Assembly (NCBI RefSeq): GCF_009914755.1 | Contig: NC_060948.1 | From: the human T2T-CHM13v2.0 reference genome, Homo sapiens | Length of the DNA stretch: 64,000 nt | Direction: 5' to 3' (one strand) | In this document: in pieces, positions 60,976 to 64,000 of the stretch | Numbering within the stretch: position 1 is the stretch's first letter | Layout: each line of letters begins with the position of its first letter | The notes under the pieces: generated by a model | What the model saw: only the letters and a program-made list of their open reading frames with translations | Database searches by the model: none | Told to the model about the DNA's origin: nothing | Translations under genes and position numbers: made by a program

Positions 60976-61743
60976 TCGCTCTATTAATTATTTTGAGATG
61001 TACAATAAATCATTATTAAGTGTAGTCATCCTGTGCCACTGAACACTAGATATTATTCCTTCTAAGCAAGTATAATTTAACCCACCCCCATCCCCTCTTT
61101 GATCCCTCGCTTACCAGTTCACATTACTTGTATCAAAATATCACATGTATGCCAAAAATACCTACAACTTTTACGTACAAATTTTTTAAATAAGTAAAAA
61201 TTAATAAAAAAGGGTATCTCCAACAAAGTGATAAAATAGGAGGCTCTAATTTGTTCCTCCATCCACAAATGCAACAAATAAAGAGCCACACCCACATCAA
61301 TTCCCTATGAGATAAACTTACAAACAAGTTGGGATACTCTTGCATGTAGGGTTATGAAAATACTTACTTAAAAAAAGGTAAGAAAAACTGAATCATGATC
61401 TTTTTCTAGCGTTTATCTCTGACACATTGCCCTAGAATCAATAGGGAACTGTTATTTCACAGCTTCTCTCAGAGAACTGAAGTATTAATCCACATATGTA
61501 AAGCCCCAGCTGTTAACAGCTGCTTCTCAATGAAATGATTCCTCACTTGCCTATCTCTGGATTCTAACACAGACTGGCATTCATAACTCTCCTAGGACCT
61601 CCAAGATAAAAGAGGGATTTAAATAGACATTCAAGCACTTCTGAAACTGTTTCCTCCTGGCTTACTGGATGTCAAGCAGTCAAGAAAGCTCAGCTCCCAC
61701 TTTGTACCTCAAAGAACTTCTATTGTACATCTAACGTCTTGAC

Positions 61744-62010
61744 TTTTTTTTTTCTTTTGAGATGGAGTCTTGCTCTATTGCCCAGGCTGGAGTGCAATGG
61801 CACGATCTCGCCTCACTGCAACCTCTGCCTCCCAAGTAGCTGGGATTACAGGTGGCTGCCACCATGCCAGGCTAACTTTTGTATTTCTTAGTAGAGACAA
61901 GTTTTTGCCATGTTGGTCAGGCTGGTCTCAAACTCCTGACCTCAGGTGATCCACCCACCTTGGCCTCCCAAAATGCTGGGATTACAGGCGTGACCCACCA
62001 CATCCAGCCA
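61744..62010 (-). mobile_element. Alu (AluS-like, internal deletion)
   Basis: Antisense Alu missing the segment between the two 'ctgcctc' motifs. Confidence 0.9.
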
Positions 62011-62344
62011 TGTCTTGACTTTTATAGCTTCTGCCCAGGTATCTTGCTTCTAACCCTCCTGACTTTTGTATCTGTCAGGGTCCTCTGAGAGCAGGCACGT
62101 AGGCATTTCTCATCAGTCTTCATCATCACTCACTCTAGCAATATACTGAGCTTCTAAATTTTCCTTCCAAGAAGTCAAACTACCCAACTATTGCCCTGAC
62201 TTCTCAGGGTGATGACTAAGATTTTGAATACCATCTTGCCAATCTCGGGAAGCTAATGAATCCCAGCTTTTTGTAATCTCGAGATTCTAAAGAGGAAAAA
62301 GGATTGTTTTGTGAAAACTCAGCATGATTTTTAAACTTCCCTAT

Positions 62345-62780
62345 TCATATAGTTTGAACATTTGTCCCTCCAAGCCTCAGGTTGAAATGTGGTCCTCCAC
62401 ACTGTAAATGGCACCTAGTGTGAGCTGTTTGTTTGTGTCATGGGGATGGATGCCTCATAAATGGCTTGGTGCCCTCGCCATGGTTAATAAGTGAGTTTTC
62501 CGCTCTATTAGTTCCCACAATGCAGCTTACATCCAAATAGGTTGTTGAGAAGTGCCTGATTACCTTCTCCCCTTCTCTCTCTTGCTCTCTCCACATGTGA
62601 CATGGCTTATTTCCTTTTACCTTCTGTCATGAGTGGAAGCCTCCTGAGGTTCTCGTCAGATGCAGATGCTGGCACCACAGATCTTTTACAGCCTGCAGAA
62701 CCAGGAGCCAATGAAAGATCTTTTCTTTATAAATTTTCCAGTCTCATATTCTTTTATAGGAACACAAAGAGACTAAGACG
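62345..62780 (+). mobile_element. MaLR LTR (MST-like)
   Basis: 'atatagtttgaacatttgtccc...gttgaaatgtg', 'cagatgcagatgctggcacc', 'cagcctgcagaacc', ending 'gactaagac'. Confidence 0.8.
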
Positions 62781-62994
62781 TGTATCTCTGGCTGGTAACT
62801 TGCCTATATCAGTAAGCAGTGGAGATCAGCATTCACTATTTCTTGTGTTCCATACGGGACAAAGAGGTGGTTTTCAGAGGTCCCATGAGCTCTTCCTTAT
62901 ACCCAACCCTTGGATTGCTCTACCTTTCAGCTTCTCCATGGAAGCACCCAACCTTTTAAACTCCTCCCTTAGGAACAGTATTTTGTTGTTGTTT

Positions 62995-63316
62995 TCATTT
63001 TTATTTATTTGTTTGTTTATTGAGATTGAGTCTCACTGTGTCACCTAGGTCGGAGTGTAGTGACATGATCTCAGCTCACTTCAACCTCCACCTCCTGGGT
63101 TCAAGAGATACTCCTGCCTCAACCTTCTGAGTAGTAGCTGGGACAACAGGCACATGGCACCAGGCCTGGCTAATTTTTGTTTTGTTTTGTATGTTTAGTA
63201 GAGAGGGGATTTCACCTTGTTAGCCAGGATGGTCTTGACCTCCTGACCTCATGATATGCCTGCTTCGGCCTCCCAAAATGCTGGGGTTACAGGTCTGCGC
63301 TACTGTGCTCAGCCTG
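62995..63316 (-). mobile_element. Alu
   Basis: Antisense dimeric Alu. Confidence 0.88.
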
Positions 63317-64000
63317 GACCAGACTTTTAACTTGCCTGTTTCTAGGGTCTGATGCGACAGAACAGGCATTCTGTGACTCTACTAATTCCCACCCTCTCTG
63401 CAAAAAACCTCAACTCACAACTATCCTTAGATACGGACACCTGAGTGAATGATTCTATAGCTTGGGATTGGATCTCTGACACATTTTTTTGACTGTAGAA
63501 CTGAGAATAGCCACACAGATAGGATAAAAGAACAGTTTTAATTTGATGCTTTTTCTCCTCCCCAAGCCAGCACAATGTTGCATACAAAAAATTCCCCTGA
63601 ACTCAAGTTTCTTCACAGAGGAGAGCGTTGAAGATGTACATTCTGTCCTTTCTTTTCCATTTTGCAATTCGTCACATGAAGTTCTCTCTAGTCTTACCCT
63701 GTGGGAAACAGTGGGGGTATCGGACAATGGCGGTCAATTAGAAACAAAGTACATGGATGGGGCTCACAGTGACCATAACAGTAATCTTACTCATGGCTTT
63801 GCATTCCAGCCAGCAGAGTTGCACCATCAGAAAAACTAGGCAACAGCATCATTCTGCAGCAACCAAACATGGTTAATGGGTCTGCCAGGCTCAAATCACT
63901 GGCCAACTGCCAAATCCCACCCTGGTTTTCTCTGCAAAACTTCCAAGGCTGTGACAAAGAGGCAGCTTGGTGATTATCCACGGAAGGGTCATGTGACCCC

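Noticed and set aside
62602-63048. 148-aa ORF
   Set aside because: It spans a MaLR LTR and an Alu tail, with no coding hallmarks.

Overview
Primate (human-like) genomic DNA, most likely Y-chromosome ampliconic sequence. It is a mosaic of decayed, intron-containing genes among L1, Alu and ERV insertions. In order: the 3' end of an L1PA; a deleted class I ERV provirus (- strand, tRNA-Arg PBS, two LTRs); a four-exon OFD1 pseudogene fragment (-); a truncated HERV-K(HML-3)/MER9 provirus; about 10 kb of old AT-rich sequence; a 13.5-kb, nine-exon relic gene (+, ~28965-42561); and a head-to-head pair of a TSPY pseudogene (-) and a single-SRGY-box RBMY2-type gene (+). The relic gene is the main result. 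It has a giant first exon (>=6.7 kb including two insertions) built of 33-bp/11-aa 'PWTQ' repeats, spliced to two tandem trypsin-like domains that lack complete catalytic triads. This architecture matches my recollection of PRSSLY, the ancestral mammalian Y serine-protease-like gene. Here it is inactivated by stops, frameshifts, splice-site changes, an AluY and a solo LTR7. The RBMY2-type copy still splices into an uninterrupted 318-codon ORF with a frameshifted C-terminus. All family assignments come from recognising sequence by eye; no database search was run.
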